Positions 18,101 through 28,694 of a stretch of DNA of 64,000 nt are shown piece by piece. The stretch covers positions 384,001 to 448,000 of the forward strand of contig OZ223269.1 in the NCBI GenBank assembly GCA_965140585.1. The letters run 5' to 3'. Under the pieces are notes generated by a model, which did no database searches, was not told where the DNA came from, and saw only the letters and a list, made by a program, of their open reading frames with translations. The position numbers and the translations under genes were made by a program. The DNA is from Spirochaetia bacterium (GTDB taxonomy: Bacteria > Spirochaetota > Spirochaetia > UBA9216). The number at the start of each line of letters is the position of its first letter. Positions within the stretch are counted from its first letter, which is position 1.

Positions 18101-18673
18101 ATGTTCATTTCCTTATTAAAGGCTGTTCTATAAGTATATCCGAAAATGAATTTTAGATAAACAATAATCAGTTTTTTCCAGTACCATTTGTCAGTGTACA
18201 TACTGCCCTGGCTGTGATATCCTCCTATGATCCACGGTCTGTTCTGATAGACTGTACCGCAATGGCCTATCCGGGCTTCCCAATGATTTTCGGTTTCATA
18301 TTCATTCCAGGTTTCTCCGTCAGGACTGGCCCAGACATCGCTGAAATAGGTTGTCGTCATATTTCCAAGAGAATAGCTTCCCAGGTCTCCGGCAATATAT
18401 ATTTACCATCAAAGGATGAGCATCCGAATGATTGTCTTTCATCCCATATTATTCCGGAAGACGGGACTGCCTCCGGCCGGTAGCTGCTGTCTGAACTATA
18501 CCAGACATAATTTAAATTTGTCGTGGAACCTGCTGCCTGTTGAATTAAGCTCCAGATTGCATGAAAAAGTATAACTGCTGTTATAATACCTGAAATATAA
18601 CCTGAGTATCCGGATAAAGTAAAATCATTAACAGTACTGAAAATAGAATTGAATTAACAGAATAATTTTTCAT
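18097..18673 (-). pseudogene. Degraded Kelch/'DVWxSxDG' repeat beta-propeller protein
   Basis: Fragments YVWYSSDS and DVWASPDGETW..WEARIGH..VYQNRPWIIGG lie in different frames, with a signal-peptide-like start near 18673. Confidence 0.6.
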
Positions 18674-18911
18674 GCTTGTCTCTCGTGTTTCTGTCTCCGC
18701 CATTGTATTCCAGTCAATCGCGGTAGTAATGAAGAACACATTGAGGTACATCTTGATTAGCAGTGTATGTTTTTTTAAATCGACTGCTTTTTAGAAGAAA
18801 ATATCATAAATCAGTGTCCAGATATGAGAAAAATACAATTTTTTTATAATAGTATTTGCAATTAACCGTAAAGAGTCTTTAAAATAATATAGTTAAGAAT
18901 GTGTAAGTACT

Positions 18912-19709
18912 ATGAAAAAAATATTAGCGGTATTAGTTACATCCTTACTTATTCTCAGCTGCAGCAGTGAATCTCCTCTGCTTGGTACTCTTTATTTGAA
19001 TTTTGTATATGCCGAAGACGGTTCGACTCCTCTTTTCCCGGGAAGCGACAGCCGGACTTATCTTCTGAATTTCAATGAAGAGGAAGTTGAATTGACCGGA
19101 ACGAGTTATGTCATAAAGGATGTACCATACGGGACTTATGATCTGACTTGCACAGCTACCGACAGTACAGGTTATATCTGCGGTTCTCTTGAGACTGAGG
19201 TAGTTGTTGATTCAAAAAATGTCACTGTAAATCTTAGTTTAATATACATTGAGCCAGAAGCAGTACAGGAATATCCTGAAGTTACCATGGGCGGATTAAC
19301 ATCAGGCGATATTCAGCCTTCCGGGGGAACCAAATTTTCCTACAATTCAGCAATTTTCAGATTTAAATATCTTAATGATACTGTAGACGTGGAATTTCTG
19401 GATCATACAGATGATTCAGATGAAATCACTATAAAAATCAATTCAACAGTGTATTTCGGAAGCACAGATTTTCTGAATGACTGTAATTATGAGATTGATA
19501 TGATTTGGCTTGATTCATCAGATACAGAGCTTGAGGCCCAGATTTTCTCAGGTACTTTTTCTGCCGATACATGGGGCAAATCATCCACAAGTACTGGTGT
19601 ATATGATATCAAAGAAGACGATGACGAATATATAATCGGATTCAAATCTATACGCATCAGCATGCCGGACGGGCATCAGCTTGTCGATTGGACCAATGCC
19701 CTTTATTAA
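18912..19709 (+). CDS. Hypothetical acidic lipoprotein
   Basis: Lipobox LILSC; Ig-like beta-rich composition. Confidence 0.7.
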   Translation: MKKILAVLVTSLLILSCSSESPLLGTLYLNFVYAEDGSTPLFPGSDSRTYLLNFNEEEVELTGTSYVIKDVPYGTYDLTCTATDSTGYICGSLETEVVVDSKNVTVNLSLIYIEPEAVQEYPEVTMGGLTSGDIQPSGGTKFSYNSAIFRFKYLNDTVDVEFLDHTDDSDEITIKINSTVYFGSTDFLNDCNYEIDMIWLDSSDTELEAQIFSGTFSADTWGKSSTSTGVYDIKEDDDEYIIGFKSIRISMPDGHQLVDWTNALY

Positions 19710-19715
19710 CCGCTT

Positions 19716-20888
19716 TTACTCCACGTAAACCGTCAGACACTTCAGGTAAACACCCTCAGGATGATTTATGCTCACAGGATGATCAAAGGCCTGTGAACGC
19801 ATTTCAATTATTCTGAGGTATCTTCCGGCATCCTTTGCCGCGTCATGAACAATCTTCTGAAAAAATCCTGCATCAATGTGCTGAGAACAGGAGCAGGTTA
19901 CAAGTATTCCACCGGGCGCAATTATCCGCAGAGCCTGCAGATTGATTTCCTTGTAGCCTCGTGCCGCTGATTTAATTGCATCACGGCTTTTTGCAAAGGC
20001 GGGAGGATCCAGTATAATCATATCAAAGTTTTCATCATGGAAGATTTTAAGCTTTTCAAAGACATCTCCGGTCAGATAGCGGTGATTCTCTGAATCAAAT
20101 CCGTTAAGTTTCATATTGGCTTCCGCAGCTCTCAGTGCATCTTCGGAGATATCAAGGCTGACGGTTGCTTCTGCTCCGCCGGCTGCAGCATATACTGTGA
20201 ATCCGCCAGTGTAGGAGCATGCATTAAGGACCTTCCTGCCTTCTGACAGTTTCTTTACAAAATTACGGTTTTCACGCTGGTCAAGGAAGAACCCTGTTTT
20301 CTGCCCGGTCCGGACGTTGACCATGAATTTATAGCCGTTTTCAGTGATGGTAATCTGTTCCGGAATTTCTCCGGAGTATACTGCCTCGTACAGGGGGAGT
20401 TTCTCATGCTTTCTTGACAGCAGATCGTTTTTCTCATAGATTCCGGAAGCGCCTGTCTTTTCCAGAAGGATTTTAAAAATCTCATCCTTGACCTTTTCCA
20501 TTCCGCTTGTAGAAACCTGTACCGCAAGATAATCACCGTATTTATCAACTGTGAGTCCGGGCATCATATCGCCCTCACCATGAATTATCCGGTATGAATC
20601 TGTTTCGTCGCCGATCAGGTGTTTGCGCAGCTTTAATGCACTGTCTATACGTTTCTCCCAGAAGGCGCTGTCAATTGCTTCCTCGTTAAACGACAGAAAG
20701 CGCACAACCAGAGAGTTGCCCGGGTTGATAAAACCGGTACCGACAAAATTATTTCTGCTGTCATACACAGCTGCAATGTCCCCCTTCTGAGGTGATCCGG
20801 TGATCTCATGAACAGCACCGGAAAACAGCCATGGATGGTGGTTCAGGACAGATTTTTCTCTGCCTTTTTTTAGTACCAGTTTTATCAT
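19716..20888 (-). CDS. rlmI: 23S rRNA m5C1962 methyltransferase RlmI family
   Basis: HPWLFSG PUA domain; GQKTGFFLDQRENR; SYTGGF; LDPPAF; CSCS. Confidence 0.85.
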   Translation of the reverse strand: MIKLVLKKGREKSVLNHHPWLFSGAVHEITGSPQKGDIAAVYDSRNNFVGTGFINPGNSLVVRFLSFNEEAIDSAFWEKRIDSALKLRKHLIGDETDSYRIIHGEGDMMPGLTVDKYGDYLAVQVSTSGMEKVKDEIFKILLEKTGASGIYEKNDLLSRKHEKLPLYEAVYSGEIPEQITITENGYKFMVNVRTGQKTGFFLDQRENRNFVKKLSEGRKVLNACSYTGGFTVYAAAGGAEATVSLDISEDALRAAEANMKLNGFDSENHRYLTGDVFEKLKIFHDENFDMIILDPPAFAKSRDAIKSAARGYKEINLQALRIIAPGGILVTCSCSQHIDAGFFQKIVHDAAKDAGRYLRIIEMRSQAFDHPVSINHPEGVYLKCLTVYVE

Positions 20889-20910
20889 CAGTTTATATTT
20901 TCTCCAAAGT

Positions 20911-21525
20911 TTAATAACCGGCTATATAAGGAAGCTCGGACGCACGTTTTTCGATAAGCTCCATATTTACAAGCAGTGATGCTGTTGAATCCCAGCTGCC
21001 TTCAAGAAAGGTGGATCTCGCCGCAGGCTGCATTCCTGTTTTGATCTTCAAATCTCCTGCTGTAATTTCCATATTCTGCAGATCAATTGTGATTGAAGCC
21101 TCAGGATTAGATTCTGAAATCTTCATCAGCTTTTCAATATCCTCTGCAGAGGCTGTCACTGCAGGAATTCCCATGGAACCGCAGTTGCCTGCAAATATCT
21201 CGGCATAGGATTCGCCGACAACGGCCTTTATTCCCCAGCGGTTGAGTGCCTGCGGGGCGTGCTCACGGGATGAACCGCAGCCGAAGTTTTTATTCACTAT
21301 AAGTATTTCGGCACCGGCATACGCTTCTTCTTTGAAGGGGTGCTTCTTTTTATTGCCTTCCTGATCAAAACGCTCATCCTGAAAGGCAAATTCACCGAGT
21401 CCGTCAAAGGTTACAACCTTCATGAAACGCGCAGGGATGATCCGGTCGGTGTCGATATCGTTGCCTCTGACTGTAACGGTTTTTCCGCTCAATTTTTTTA
21501 CTACCATTGCTTCGTTAACCATCAT
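20911..21525 (-). CDS. leuD: 3-isopropylmalate dehydratase small subunit
   Basis: DIDTDRIIPARF, NFGCGSSREHAP; start adjusted to the ATG following the leuC stop and RBS. Confidence 0.95.
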   Translation of the reverse strand: MMVNEAMVVKKLSGKTVTVRGNDIDTDRIIPARFMKVVTFDGLGEFAFQDERFDQEGNKKKHPFKEEAYAGAEILIVNKNFGCGSSREHAPQALNRWGIKAVVGESYAEIFAGNCGSMGIPAVTASAEDIEKLMKISESNPEASITIDLQNMEITAGDLKIKTGMQPAARSTFLEGSWDSTASLLVNMELIEKRASELPYIAGY

Positions 21526-21532
21526 CTTCCCC

Positions 21533-22933
21533 TTATTTATATTCTCTGATATCAGTAACTTTTCCATTGAGCGCTGCAGCTGCTACCATTGCAGGACTCA
21601 TAAGCAGAGTTCTTCCGGTAGGTGAGCCCTGGCGGCCGATGAAGTTACGGTTGGATGATGAAGCCGACAGCTGGCGTCCGGAAAGTTTGTCGGCATTCAT
21701 TGCCAGGCACATGGAACATCCGGCATTTCTCCACTGAAATCCAGCCTCGGAAAAGATCCGGTCAAGGCCCTCAGCTTCCGCCTGCCTTGCAACCTGTTTG
21801 GAGCCTGGAACAACAAGCGCCTTTACATCGGAATTGACCCGCTTTCCCTTTACAACCGAGGCTGCTTCACGGAGATCGGATATTCGTCCGTTTGTACAGG
21901 AGCCAATAAAAGCTACATCTATCTTCTTTCCGAGTATCTGCTCGTTCTCTTTAAAGTCCATGTGAGCATAAGCCTGCCTTGCTGTATCACGCTCTTCAGG
22001 AGAGAATGAATCAAGTGCCGGCATCTTTTCATCAACTTCAACACTCTGTCCGGGATTTATTCCCCAGGTAACCATCGGGCCAAGGTTTGATACATCAAGA
22101 TCCCAGCGTTCGTCATATTCTGCATCGGCATCAGATTTCAGGCTGTCCCAGTAAGCTTCTGCTTTTTCATAGCTTGCAGCGTCCGGAGCATATTTTCTGC
22201 CTTTAAGGTATTCATAGGTAATGCTGTCAGGATTGACATAGCCGGCTCTGGCCCCGCCTTCAATACTCATGTTGCATATTGTCATTCTCTCTTCCATGCT
22301 TAACGCGTGGATTGCAGGACCGCCGTACTCGTAGGCAAGTCCAAGCCCGCCCTTAACACCAAGCTCTCTGATTATTTTAAGGATAATGTCTTTTGCATAA
22401 ACACCGTCTTTCAGTTTGCCGTCAACATAGATAAGTTTTACTCCCGGACGTGTGATAGCCATTGTCTGCGTTGCAAGGATGTCGCGTATCTGAGAGGTCC
22501 CTACTCCGAAAGCGATTGCACCGAAGGCTCCGTGAGTTGATGTATGCGAATCTCCGCAGGCTATAGTCATTCCCGGCTGTGTAAGTCCAAGTTCGGGTCC
22601 TATAATGTGTACAATTCCCTGATTCTCTGTAGTCGGGGAGAAAAACTGTATTCCTGCATCCTTTGTGTTTTTTTCAAGCGCCTGCATCATTTTTTCTGCA
22701 AGTTCATCTGCAAAGGGCCTTGCCTGACTGTCGGTCGGAACGATGTGGTCGACTGTAGCGAAAGTTCTGTTCGGATATTTTACCTTCAGGCCCCTTTCTT
22801 CGAGCATTGCAAAAGCCTGCGGTGAGGTTACCTCATGAATAAGGTGAAGTCCTATAAACAGCTGATCCATTCCTGAATCGAGAGTCTTTATTTTATGCAG
22901 GTCCCATACTTTATTGAAAAGGTTTTTTCCCAT
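21533..22933 (-). CDS. leuC: 3-isopropylmalate dehydratase large subunit
   Basis: [48 protein letters not shown]. Confidence 0.97.
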   Translation of the reverse strand: MGKNLFNKVWDLHKIKTLDSGMDQLFIGLHLIHEVTSPQAFAMLEERGLKVKYPNRTFATVDHIVPTDSQARPFADELAEKMMQALEKNTKDAGIQFFSPTTENQGIVHIIGPELGLTQPGMTIACGDSHTSTHGAFGAIAFGVGTSQIRDILATQTMAITRPGVKLIYVDGKLKDGVYAKDIILKIIRELGVKGGLGLAYEYGGPAIHALSMEERMTICNMSIEGGARAGYVNPDSITYEYLKGRKYAPDAASYEKAEAYWDSLKSDADAEYDERWDLDVSNLGPMVTWGINPGQSVEVDEKMPALDSFSPEERDTARQAYAHMDFKENEQILGKKIDVAFIGSCTNGRISDLREAASVVKGKRVNSDVKALVVPGSKQVARQAEAEGLDRIFSEAGFQWRNAGCSMCLAMNADKLSGRQLSASSSNRNFIGRQGSPTGRTLLMSPAMVAAAALNGKVTDIREYK

Positions 22934-22953
22934 CTGTTTTCTCCATAAAAAGA

Positions 22954-24189
22954 TTGTTCTTAAAAGATTATAAAATATATATGATATTGCAAGTAAAAAG
23001 AACTACATTCATACTAACTATTGTAATGAAACCGGAGTCCAATTTGAATAAAGATATTGAAATTACTTTTGTTTTAAGAGGCATTCTTCCAGTTTTAACT
23101 GCGTTAATTCTCACTTTAAGTCTTTCCTGTACAACACAGGAATTCCCTTTTGAAGACTATGATTATACCCTTGATTCTCTTGAAATCGGAATCGCTTTCC
23201 CGAGTGTAAGAACACCATCGGAGCTGAGTGAAACCATAACTGCTATGACCGACCTGGGGACGGACTGGGCCCGAATAGGCTTTGACTGGTCTTTCAGAGA
23301 ACCATCGGAGGATACCTATTCATGGGATGCGCTTGCAAACAGGCTGAATGCCTTTGCCGACGCCGGCATCAAGGTACTGCTTACAGTGGAGACCCATTCC
23401 TGGCCTGACTGGCTGCCTGTTGACGCCGAACATGACGACAGTGTGACTCTTGCCCAGTTCCGGGAGCTAATGGCTGATTTTCTTACAGCGTACGGGGATA
23501 AGGTTGCCCGGATTCAGCTTGGTAATGAATGGAACTGGGAAATCGATGATTATCTAAACGGTTCTGAAGAGGCTTTTATTTCATACACGAATATTCTATC
23601 AGAGGAAGTAACAAATTACCGTACTGCAAACAGCAGTTCGACACCGACTTTAGTTCTCGGAAGTTTTTCAGCAAGACATATGCTTGCCTATGATCAGGGA
23701 CTTGCAACCGAGGTAACTATTGAGGGGCAGTCTGTTTTTGAAGATCAGGTAGCCGAGTATGCCGCTCTGCCTGCCAGTGAAAGGATGACCGTCCGGGTTG
23801 AGAATATTCTTTCAAACACGAATGTCGAAATGCTTGATATTCATTTCTATGATGACAATGATGACTGGTCAAAGCATATGCAGGCTTTCAGAACAGCAGC
23901 TCAGAATTCAGGACTTGATTACAGCATTCCTGTAATCGTTAGTGAATTCGGAGGCCCCTGGCCAGAAAGACTCTATGATGAACTGGGCCGGCCTTCCGAA
24001 TACGATCTGGCAAGCAGGCTTCCGGGCTACATGCATACCCTTGATTCTCTTGATGTTGAAGAGGTGTATTTCTTCAAACTGAAGGAGGGCAGCACTGACA
24101 TCCAGCATCCGGATTCATACCTGCTTGACAGCAGCGGTAATAAAGCCTTCGCCTACGGAGTTATAAAGCGTTTTTTATCCATGAATTGA
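22954..24189 (+). CDS. Clan GH-A-like glycoside hydrolase lipoprotein (start probably downstream)
   Basis: LSLSC lipobox; WARIGFDW; QLGNEWN acid/base motif; DIHFY; VSEFGGP nucleophile motif. Confidence 0.65.
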   Translation: MFLKDYKIYMILQVKRTTFILTIVMKPESNLNKDIEITFVLRGILPVLTALILTLSLSCTTQEFPFEDYDYTLDSLEIGIAFPSVRTPSELSETITAMTDLGTDWARIGFDWSFREPSEDTYSWDALANRLNAFADAGIKVLLTVETHSWPDWLPVDAEHDDSVTLAQFRELMADFLTAYGDKVARIQLGNEWNWEIDDYLNGSEEAFISYTNILSEEVTNYRTANSSSTPTLVLGSFSARHMLAYDQGLATEVTIEGQSVFEDQVAEYAALPASERMTVRVENILSNTNVEMLDIHFYDDNDDWSKHMQAFRTAAQNSGLDYSIPVIVSEFGGPWPERLYDELGRPSEYDLASRLPGYMHTLDSLDVEEVYFFKLKEGSTDIQHPDSYLLDSSGNKAFAYGVIKRFLSMN

Positions 24190-25555
24190 TATATTCCAGG
24201 ACTTCAGGCGCAATAGTCTCTTCAATGCTTCCGTACTCCGAAGGAAGTCCCTTAACAGCGGTCTGAAAAAGATGGTTCAGGCCGTCAAATTCCTTAATTG
24301 TAAAATCGGATTTTCCGGACTTTGCAAGAATCCTGCTTATAGCCGTCAGGTTTTCATCTGCCGGCACCTGAAGATCAAGTGAACCGTTAACTGCCAGTAC
24401 CGGGATACTCAGTCTGATTAATTCCTGTTCAGGATTGTAGGCGGTAAAATATTTAAACCATGGTGAAGTCAGCTGCTGCATCTGCTGTTCTGCCTGATCT
24501 TCTGACAGTCCCGCAGACTGAAGCAGAGGAATAATCTGATTTTTAATTATTTCATCATCTGTTTCATTCAGCAGAATGTCGTAAACCTTCCTGTTGATTT
24601 CTGAAGTCTGTTTAATTGCCGCTTCCGAGGCACCGGCCGCCTTCATGATTGCCTCCGACTGACTCATCAAAAGCTCATCGCCTGGTACACCGGGGCCGGC
24701 AAGCAGTATGACAAAATCAACCAGTTCATTGCTGTTGGCAGTAATCGGGGCAATTAAACCGCCTTCACTGTGTCCGGCCAGTCCGATTCTCTTAACCTGA
24801 ACAAAATCCTGCTGAGCCATGAAATTTACCGCTGCATCTGCATCAGTAGCCAAATCTGCACTTGTTGCATCAACCGCATCACCGGTGGATTCCCCGTATC
24901 CCCGATCGTCATACCGCAGAACAGCTATTCCCTGTCTGGTAAGATAGTCGGAAATCACAAGGAAGGGACGGTGGTTCATAAGTTCCTCATTGCGGTCCTG
25001 ACTTCCCGAACCTGAAATCAGAATGACTGCAAAGTCTGCCGTACCGGAATTCGGGTAGGTAAGTGTCCCTGCAAGAACAGCCTCCTGTTTCATATTTTGG
25101 AAAGTAACATCAACTGATTTATATGGATAGGGTTCTGCCGGATCCTGAGGTCTCCTGGGTGCGGTAAGAGCAGATTTTCTACGCTGTAGTGTAAGATCGT
25201 ACTTTCCGGGGCCTTGCTTCCATGAGCCTTCAAGGGTATCGTTTCCAGTCAGTGATGCTGTATAAACTGCGTTTATAGATTTAAAGTTAATTTTCAATTC
25301 AGTCTCAGTGAGAGTGACCTCCTCTGCTTTTATTCCGTTTACACCCTGGGTTACGCTGTCCATTACTGCAGTAACCTCACCCTTGTCATTTTTGATGTGG
25401 AAAGCCAGCTCAAGATCCTGTCCGCCCGCCTTCATTGTCCCGGACCATTCACCTGCTATTGTATTAGCATCTACAGGCATTGATGCCTGCTCTTTTTTTG
25501 CAGTACATGAGAGCAGCAAAGCTGCAGATAAAATTATGAGTAAAGCTTTTTTCAT
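24161..25555 (-). CDS. Alpha/beta hydrolase lipoprotein
   Basis: LLLSC; SGSGSQDRNE; RYDDRG; GHSEGG; DLQV; LNHLFQ. Confidence 0.9.
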   Translation of the reverse strand: MKKALLIILSAALLLSCTAKKEQASMPVDANTIAGEWSGTMKAGGQDLELAFHIKNDKGEVTAVMDSVTQGVNGIKAEEVTLTETELKINFKSINAVYTASLTGNDTLEGSWKQGPGKYDLTLQRRKSALTAPRRPQDPAEPYPYKSVDVTFQNMKQEAVLAGTLTYPNSGTADFAVILISGSGSQDRNEELMNHRPFLVISDYLTRQGIAVLRYDDRGYGESTGDAVDATSADLATDADAAVNFMAQQDFVQVKRIGLAGHSEGGLIAPITANSNELVDFVILLAGPGVPGDELLMSQSEAIMKAAGASEAAIKQTSEINRKVYDILLNETDDEIIKNQIIPLLQSAGLSEDQAEQQMQQLTSPWFKYFTAYNPEQELIRLSIPVLAVNGSLDLQVPADENLTAISRILAKSGKSDFTIKEFDGLNHLFQTAVKGLPSEYGSIEETIAPEVLEYINSWIKNAL

Positions 25556-25614
25556 AATAATCTCCCTATCATCATCTACAGGTTTTGACTGCGTATATTC
25601 GGTTGTTTAGTGAT

Positions 25615-26445
25615 TTAATTGAGCATCGCCTGAATCTTTTTGATTGTGAGCGGAGCGCAGCCTTCATAATGATTATTTACGTTTATACTCAGTATCTTTC
25701 CTCCGGAATAGAGATCCTGCGTCATCTGTATAATATTTATAAGCTCTTCTTTCGGCTGTACGATCCTGTCCCAGGTATTGTTAGTCAGCAGCTCGATAGC
25801 CCGTCGTTCGCCGCCTAACAGCCTGATAATAGTATGCGGGGCGAGAAGACTTCCGAATCTTTTGTATACTTCGGTAATCGGAGGCATGTATATCTTCTCT
25901 GAGAAGACATGCCCGATATTATTTTCACGCAGGAAGCTGAAATATTCACTGGAAAGGTAATTAGGATTTCTTATTTCGAAGGCAACAGGTATATCCCTGG
26001 GAATCTGCCTGATAAAAGCCTCTGCTTTCTTTATAAATATCCCGGAAGAACCCATCTTCTGCTTATTGAGGTATTCAAACTCAAACATTATGCACCCCAG
26101 TTTACTGTGAACAGGTTCGGTACTTTTCAGGAAATCGATGAACAGTTCAGGGGATAGAAATTCGGGGTTTTCCTCGGGCGGACGGTTTTTAGATCCCCTT
26201 AGATGTGTGAGCGTCAGCCTGTTGGTGACCTTGCATGTGAATTGAAAATCTTCACCGACTTTTGAAGTATAATCTTCCGCCTCGGCCGGGTCGGGGATTT
26301 TATAAAACCAGCTGTCAATTTCAACTGTGTTATAGTGCTTTGAATACTCAGGAAGGTAGTCTGCAGCCCTGCTCATCCTGCTGCTGTACACAATGCCTGA
26401 CCATGAAGGGTAATTCCATGAACATGTTCCCAATCTTACTTTAAT
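25615..26445 (-). CDS. DUF72 family protein
   Basis: GTCSWNY..W, YNTVEIDSWFY, FEIRN, NNHYEG.AP; start uncertain (26433 TTG or 26445 ATT). Confidence 0.85.
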   Translation of the reverse strand: MKVRLGTCSWNYPSWSGIVYSSRMSRAADYLPEYSKHYNTVEIDSWFYKIPDPAEAEDYTSKVGEDFQFTCKVTNRLTLTHLRGSKNRPPEENPEFLSPELFIDFLKSTEPVHSKLGCIMFEFEYLNKQKMGSSGIFIKKAEAFIRQIPRDIPVAFEIRNPNYLSSEYFSFLRENNIGHVFSEKIYMPPITEVYKRFGSLLAPHTIIRLLGGERRAIELLTNNTWDRIVQPKEELINIIQMTQDLYSGGKILSINVNNHYEGCAPLTIKKIQAMLN

Positions 26446-26532
26446 ACTTATCCTCTGCTATAAATATATTTCAATTGATGTGGCAAAGTAAAATATTTCT
26501 TGCATTATTCAATTGCGTATTGTAATGTAAGT

Positions 26533-26570
26533 AGCCGACTGTATGGTCAGTAACCGACTCTTGGGTCAGT
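26533..26570. promoter_or_regulatory. Tandem 19-bp imperfect palindromic operators upstream of the liv-paaK operon
   Basis: agCCGACTgtatGGTCAGT followed directly by aaCCGACTcttgGGTCAGT. Confidence 0.6.
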
Positions 26571-26601
26571 TTAGGTCTGTGCAGTCATTCTGGAGGAGAA
26601 G

Positions 26602-27753
26602 ATGAAAAAAATAACAGCTGTTCTGTTAATAGCAGGATTATGCACAGCCTCACTGTTTGCAGGAGGTCAGAAAGAGGAAGGAACAATAAAGATTGGTGCT
26701 ATTTTTGCAGTCACGGGAGGTGCTTCATTTTTAGGCGCACCGGAAGCTAAGACTGCAGAGATGATCACGGAGGAAGTTAACGCCGCCGGAGGCATTAACG
26801 GAAAGATGATAGAGCTTATAATCAAAGATTCAGCTGGAAATCCTGAAAAGGCTATTTCCTTTGCAAAGCAGCTGATTGAAGAAGACAGGGTTATCGCAAT
26901 AATTGGTCCTTCAACAAGCGGCGAAACTATGCAGATAAAGGATCTCTGCCAGTCATACCAGACTCCGCTCCTTTCCTGTTCCGCTGCAGAGGCAATTGTT
27001 GAACCGGTTGCAAGCTATGTGTTTAAAACACCTCAGAAGGATAATTATGTCGCCGAATGGATATTCTCTACCATGAACGATATGGGAATAAGCAGAATCG
27101 GTATTGTAGGTGCAAACACCGGGTTCGGCAACGCTGGACTGGCACAGCTTGAAAAATATGCTCCGGAATACGGGATTGATATTACTGCTTCAGAAACATA
27201 CGACAGTGCTGCTACAGACCTCACTGCGGTTCTTACAAAGCTGAAGTCTCAGAACATAGAGGCTGTAGTTAACTGGTCAATAGTACCGGCACAGTCAATT
27301 GTTCCGAAGAACATGAAGCAGCTTGGTATGGATATGCCCCTGTTTCAAAGCCACGGATTCGGAAATATCAAATATGTTGAGGCTGCCGGTGCAGCTGCAG
27401 AAGGCATTATATTTCCAGCTGGAAGACTTCTTGTCGCTGAAAAACTTCCCGAGGGGCATCCGCAGAAGGCAAATCTTGTTGCCTACAAGTCTGCATATGA
27501 AAGTAAATACAGTGAAGATGTAAGCACATTCGGCGGACATGCATATGATTCCATAATGCTGATCATTGAAGCGCTTAAAGCCTCAGGAGCAACTGATCGC
27601 GACGGCCTGCGGGATGCAATTGAAAAGATCGACGGTTTTGCAGGAACAGGCGGAATCTTTAAAATGACCGCTGCCGATCACAACGGCCTGGACATAGATT
27701 CGCTTGAAATGCTCACTGTCAGAAACGGTCAGTTTGATCTCTTAAATCCATAA
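26602..27753 (+). CDS. livK: Branched-chain amino acid-type ABC substrate-binding protein
   Basis: IKIGAI...TG..S.LG, NAAGGING, IIGP; GGAGG RBS. Confidence 0.85.
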   Translation: MKKITAVLLIAGLCTASLFAGGQKEEGTIKIGAIFAVTGGASFLGAPEAKTAEMITEEVNAAGGINGKMIELIIKDSAGNPEKAISFAKQLIEEDRVIAIIGPSTSGETMQIKDLCQSYQTPLLSCSAAEAIVEPVASYVFKTPQKDNYVAEWIFSTMNDMGISRIGIVGANTGFGNAGLAQLEKYAPEYGIDITASETYDSAATDLTAVLTKLKSQNIEAVVNWSIVPAQSIVPKNMKQLGMDMPLFQSHGFGNIKYVEAAGAAAEGIIFPAGRLLVAEKLPEGHPQKANLVAYKSAYESKYSEDVSTFGGHAYDSIMLIIEALKASGATDRDGLRDAIEKIDGFAGTGGIFKMTAADHNGLDIDSLEMLTVRNGQFDLLNP

Positions 27754-27761
27754 AACAAAAG

Positions 27762-27790
27762 AGGGGAGTCAAAGGCTCCCCTGATTTTTC
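27762..27790 (+). terminator. Hairpin (terminator or mRNA stabiliser) after livK
   Basis: AGGGGAGTC-AAA-GGCTCCCCT followed by gattttt. Confidence 0.65.
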
Positions 27791-27803
27791 CATTGGGTAA
27801 GCA

Positions 27804-28694
27804 ATGTCATTACAGCAGATACTTCAATACATTTTTTCAGGTATAACCGTAGGCAGCATTTATGCACTGGTTGCCATAGGTTATAACATCATTTATAACG
27901 CCACCGGAATCATAAACTTTGCCCAGGGTGAGTTTGTTATGCTCGGGGGGATGATTGCTTTCAGCCTATCGGCAGTAATGCCTCTGCCTGCAGCAATTGT
28001 TCTGGCAATTCTGATTACCTCGCTTATAGGCGGGCTTATCGAGAATGTCTTTATCAGAAGGATGAAGGAATCCTCGGTACTGGGAATGATCGTTATTACG
28101 ATCGGGATATCAATCCTGATAAGGGAAGCAGCGCTTTATATATGGGATGAAAAAATAAGGGCTTTGAGATTTTTTACAGGTAATGAAATTTCATCTGTCA
28201 GTATTCTCGGCGCAAGAATTTCTCCTCAGGTTCTTTGGGTTTTAGGGGTAACAGCGGTTGTTGTTACCGGGCTGTATCTTTTTTTGAAATACACCCTTAC
28301 CGGTCAGGCCTTACGAGCCTGCTCCGAGAATGCCCGGGCGGCCAATTTATGCGGTATCAGAACATCTAGAATGATAAATCTGTCATTTATGGTTTCTGCC
28401 GGAATAGGTGCTCTCGGCGGATGCGTTGTATCCCCGCTTACCCAGACTCATTACGCAATGGGCAGTGATCTTGCTGTGAAGGGATTTACCGTCGCGATAC
28501 TCGGTGGGCTCGGCAATCCGATTGCTGCAGTAGCCGCCGGACTGCTTCTCGGCATAATAGAAAGTTTCAGCATAAGTCTGATGCCCATGGCATACAAGGA
28601 TGTTGTTTCAATAATTATTCTGCTTATTATTCTGGTAGTACGTCCCGGCGGGCTCTTCGGCTCAAGTGCTGCCGGTGCACTCAAGGACTATTAA
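27804..28694 (+). CDS. livH: Branched-chain amino acid ABC permease
   Basis: GSIYALVAIG, INFAQGE, G.ALRA.SEN, AILGGLGN. Confidence 0.9.
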   Translation: MSLQQILQYIFSGITVGSIYALVAIGYNIIYNATGIINFAQGEFVMLGGMIAFSLSAVMPLPAAIVLAILITSLIGGLIENVFIRRMKESSVLGMIVITIGISILIREAALYIWDEKIRALRFFTGNEISSVSILGARISPQVLWVLGVTAVVVTGLYLFLKYTLTGQALRACSENARAANLCGIRTSRMINLSFMVSAGIGALGGCVVSPLTQTHYAMGSDLAVKGFTVAILGGLGNPIAAVAAGLLLGIIESFSISLMPMAYKDVVSIIILLIILVVRPGGLFGSSAAGALKDY

